IMG/VR virus record: IMGVR_UViG_3300045988_100778
Coordinates: 41,345 to 105,344 of that record
DNA: 64,000 nt
Source of the DNA: a virus
Strand: one strand, 5' to 3'
The notes beneath the pieces were generated by a model that worked only from the letters and a program-made list of their open reading frames with translations, did no database searches and was not told the origin of the DNA. Below, piece by piece: positions 62,855-64,000 of this stretch; within the stretch, counting starts at the first letter, position 1; every line of letters starts with the position of its first letter. Position numbers and translations under genes: made by a program.

Positions 62855-63082
62855 ATGATACGAATAACAAACCCCAAAGGAGAAACTCAGGTGCACACGG
62901 AAGAAAGCTATGAAAAGCTTCTGTGGCAGTTTGCGGAATCGAAGATGATGGATATGTGGTGCCGAAAACACCATCTTATCCCTATCTATACACACCAGGA
63001 AGAAACCATACTTAACAAAATGGTAGTAGAGGCATTCCTGGAAGCGTTTAACTATAAAGTAGAAAAGGATTATGAAAACTAA
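62855..63082 (+). CDS. Hypothetical protein (75 aa)
   Basis: It is the first ORF after cassette 6. Confidence 0.5.
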   Translation: MIRITNPKGETQVHTEESYEKLLWQFAESKMMDMWCRKHHLIPIYTHQEETILNKMVVEAFLEAFNYKVEKDYEN

Positions 63083-63275
63083 AAAATTCGGAGTAGGCGA
63101 CAAGGTGAAGATACTCCATTGTTCCAACATGATGTTAATAGGACAGATTACGGAAATAGCAAGCATATGCGGAACGGAAGGAAACCGCTATTATCACTTG
63201 AAGATAGACGGTGAACAGCGCGCGTTCATACCTCAAAATTTGGAACTTGTAGAAAAATGTAAGGAGGGTAAATAA
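63072..63275 (+). CDS. Hypothetical protein (67 aa)
   Basis: It is a same-strand ORF with a short overlap. Confidence 0.5.
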   Translation: MKTKKFGVGDKVKILHCSNMMLIGQITEIASICGTEGNRYYHLKIDGEQRAFIPQNLELVEKCKEGK

Positions 63276-63442
63276 TGACCTACACAGAAGAAAGAACCTA
63301 TTGGTTGGAGTGCATGATAAAGGCAAGTAGATACGGACTTGAACCGGAAGTAGCTGTTACAGCACTTGAATATTTAAAGGAAGACCCGAAGTTAAGCATA
63401 AGTCAATGCCTGGAAATGGCATTAAAAGACTGGGATATATGA
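63275..63442 (+). CDS. Hypothetical small protein (55 aa)
   Basis: This hand-translated ORF (MTYTEERTYWLECMIKASRYGLEPE...) has AAGGAGGG upstream and a TAATG overlap. Confidence 0.4.
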   Translation: MTYTEERTYWLECMIKASRYGLEPEVAVTALEYLKEDPKLSISQCLEMALKDWDI

Positions 63443-63834
63443 TACAGAAAATAATCGCTTACCTCTATCAAAAGAAGGTTACGAAGACTTATAACGACAA
63501 CAACGACGGTTTTATTTGCAATTTCGTACTTGAATACAAGGATAAGGGGGATTTTGTACATAAGATGGCATGCTATGCCGTCAACTTTGAACCCGTTGTT
63601 ATTGGAAAGGAGAACCGCTATTTGGTAGAGGTGGATGTGCATGCGGTGCAGAATGTCAAGTACAACAATGACAGGGTATGGCTGCCTCAATGCAAGGTTA
63701 TAAAAATGGACTTATTGCTACAGCCGTGGGGAATTACATCAGCAGAAAAAGAAATAGAAAGATATTACGATGAACAAAGAAAAATTTATGGAACCGGATA
63801 TGACAGCGAAACCGGAAGAAATTGTATGGTTTGA
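63439..63834 (+). CDS. Hypothetical protein (131 aa)
   Basis: The ATG at 63439 (ATATGA overlap) is preferred over the track start at 63406. Confidence 0.5.
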   Translation: MIQKIIAYLYQKKVTKTYNDNNDGFICNFVLEYKDKGDFVHKMACYAVNFEPVVIGKENRYLVEVDVHAVQNVKYNNDRVWLPQCKVIKMDLLLQPWGITSAEKEIERYYDEQRKIYGTGYDSETGRNCMV

Positions 63835-63938
63835 ATCAACAATCAGTGAAAATGTGGAACCAGAAGTTTCATTTGTTGAACAAGAAAAGGAAGAAGTTTT
63901 GGTTTCGTGTACATGGTATTAAATTAGTGAAATAACTA

Positions 63939-63969
63939 TTGTTTATTTCTCTATTAAAACCTAACTTTG
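63939..63969 (+). promoter_or_regulatory. Bacteroidota-type promoter candidate
   Basis: Reads TTGT(63939-63942)-N19-TAACTTTG(63962-63969). It lies 18 nt upstream of an ATG at 63988 that opens an ORF running off the window. Confidence 0.45.
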
Positions 63970-64000
63970 TGGGTAAAACTTCTATATATGGCAAAAAAGA

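Noticed and set aside
1-64000. Stop-codon reassignment (TAG or TGA recoding, as in some gut phages)
   Set aside because: Very long ORFs (3426, 1822 and 924 aa) and all recognisable enzymes are intact under the standard code, and gene ends use TAA, TAG and TGA. The only broken gene, dnaE, is interrupted by a TAA plus a frame change, which is not an in-frame recodable stop.
1-64000. tRNA genes, CRISPR arrays, an integrase or lysogeny module, and IS elements
   Set aside because: The intergenic gaps are short and are accounted for by promoters, terminators and mini-ORFs. I could not recognise any cloverleaf-like sequence, spacer-repeat array or recombinase/transposase ORF by eye. A tRNAscan or HMM run would be needed for certainty.

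Overview
This 64-kb window is a contiguous piece of a tailed dsDNA phage genome. It is AT-rich and tightly packed. Every convincing gene is on the + strand except one promoterless cassette.

Gene order:
- A 5'-truncated large terminase that carries a mini-intein in its P-loop.
- A few small genes.
- A tail and baseplate module: chaperone-like protein, tape-measure-like protein, gpV-like spike, and a 3426-aa baseplate-J::fibre fusion.
- A second 1822-aa fibre with a BspA-type LRR tip.
- About 30 small early-type ORFs, including a HAD phosphatase and a small methyltransferase.
- A replication and recombination module: DnaB-like helicase, DnaG-like primase, MazG, a P-loop kinase, a Pol III alpha (DnaE) that is split into two ORFs and also carries a mini-intein, a gp32-like SSB candidate, Mre11/SbcD, RecA, Rad50/SbcC, a RuvC-like resolvase, NAD-dependent ligase, an SNF2 helicase, RNase H, and a UvrD-like helicase.

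Promoter motifs of the TTG-N19-TAnnTTTG type point to a Bacteroidota host. That host assignment is inference.

The most interesting signal is a pair of perfect 78-bp inverted repeats at 20353-20430 and 23487-23564. They bracket two convergent, paralogous C-terminal ends of the giant fibre gene. This is the architecture of an invertible receptor-binding-tip switch like the Mu G segment, but no invertase is recognisable in the window.

Other notable items:
- Six copies of a highly conserved promoter/leader cassette.
- Two endonuclease-less mini-inteins.
- A DnaE gene bisected exactly at its catalytic-aspartate motif.
- Abundant strong Shine-Dalgarno sites despite the Bacteroidota-type promoters.

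I recognised no tRNA, CRISPR array, integrase or reverse transcriptase.
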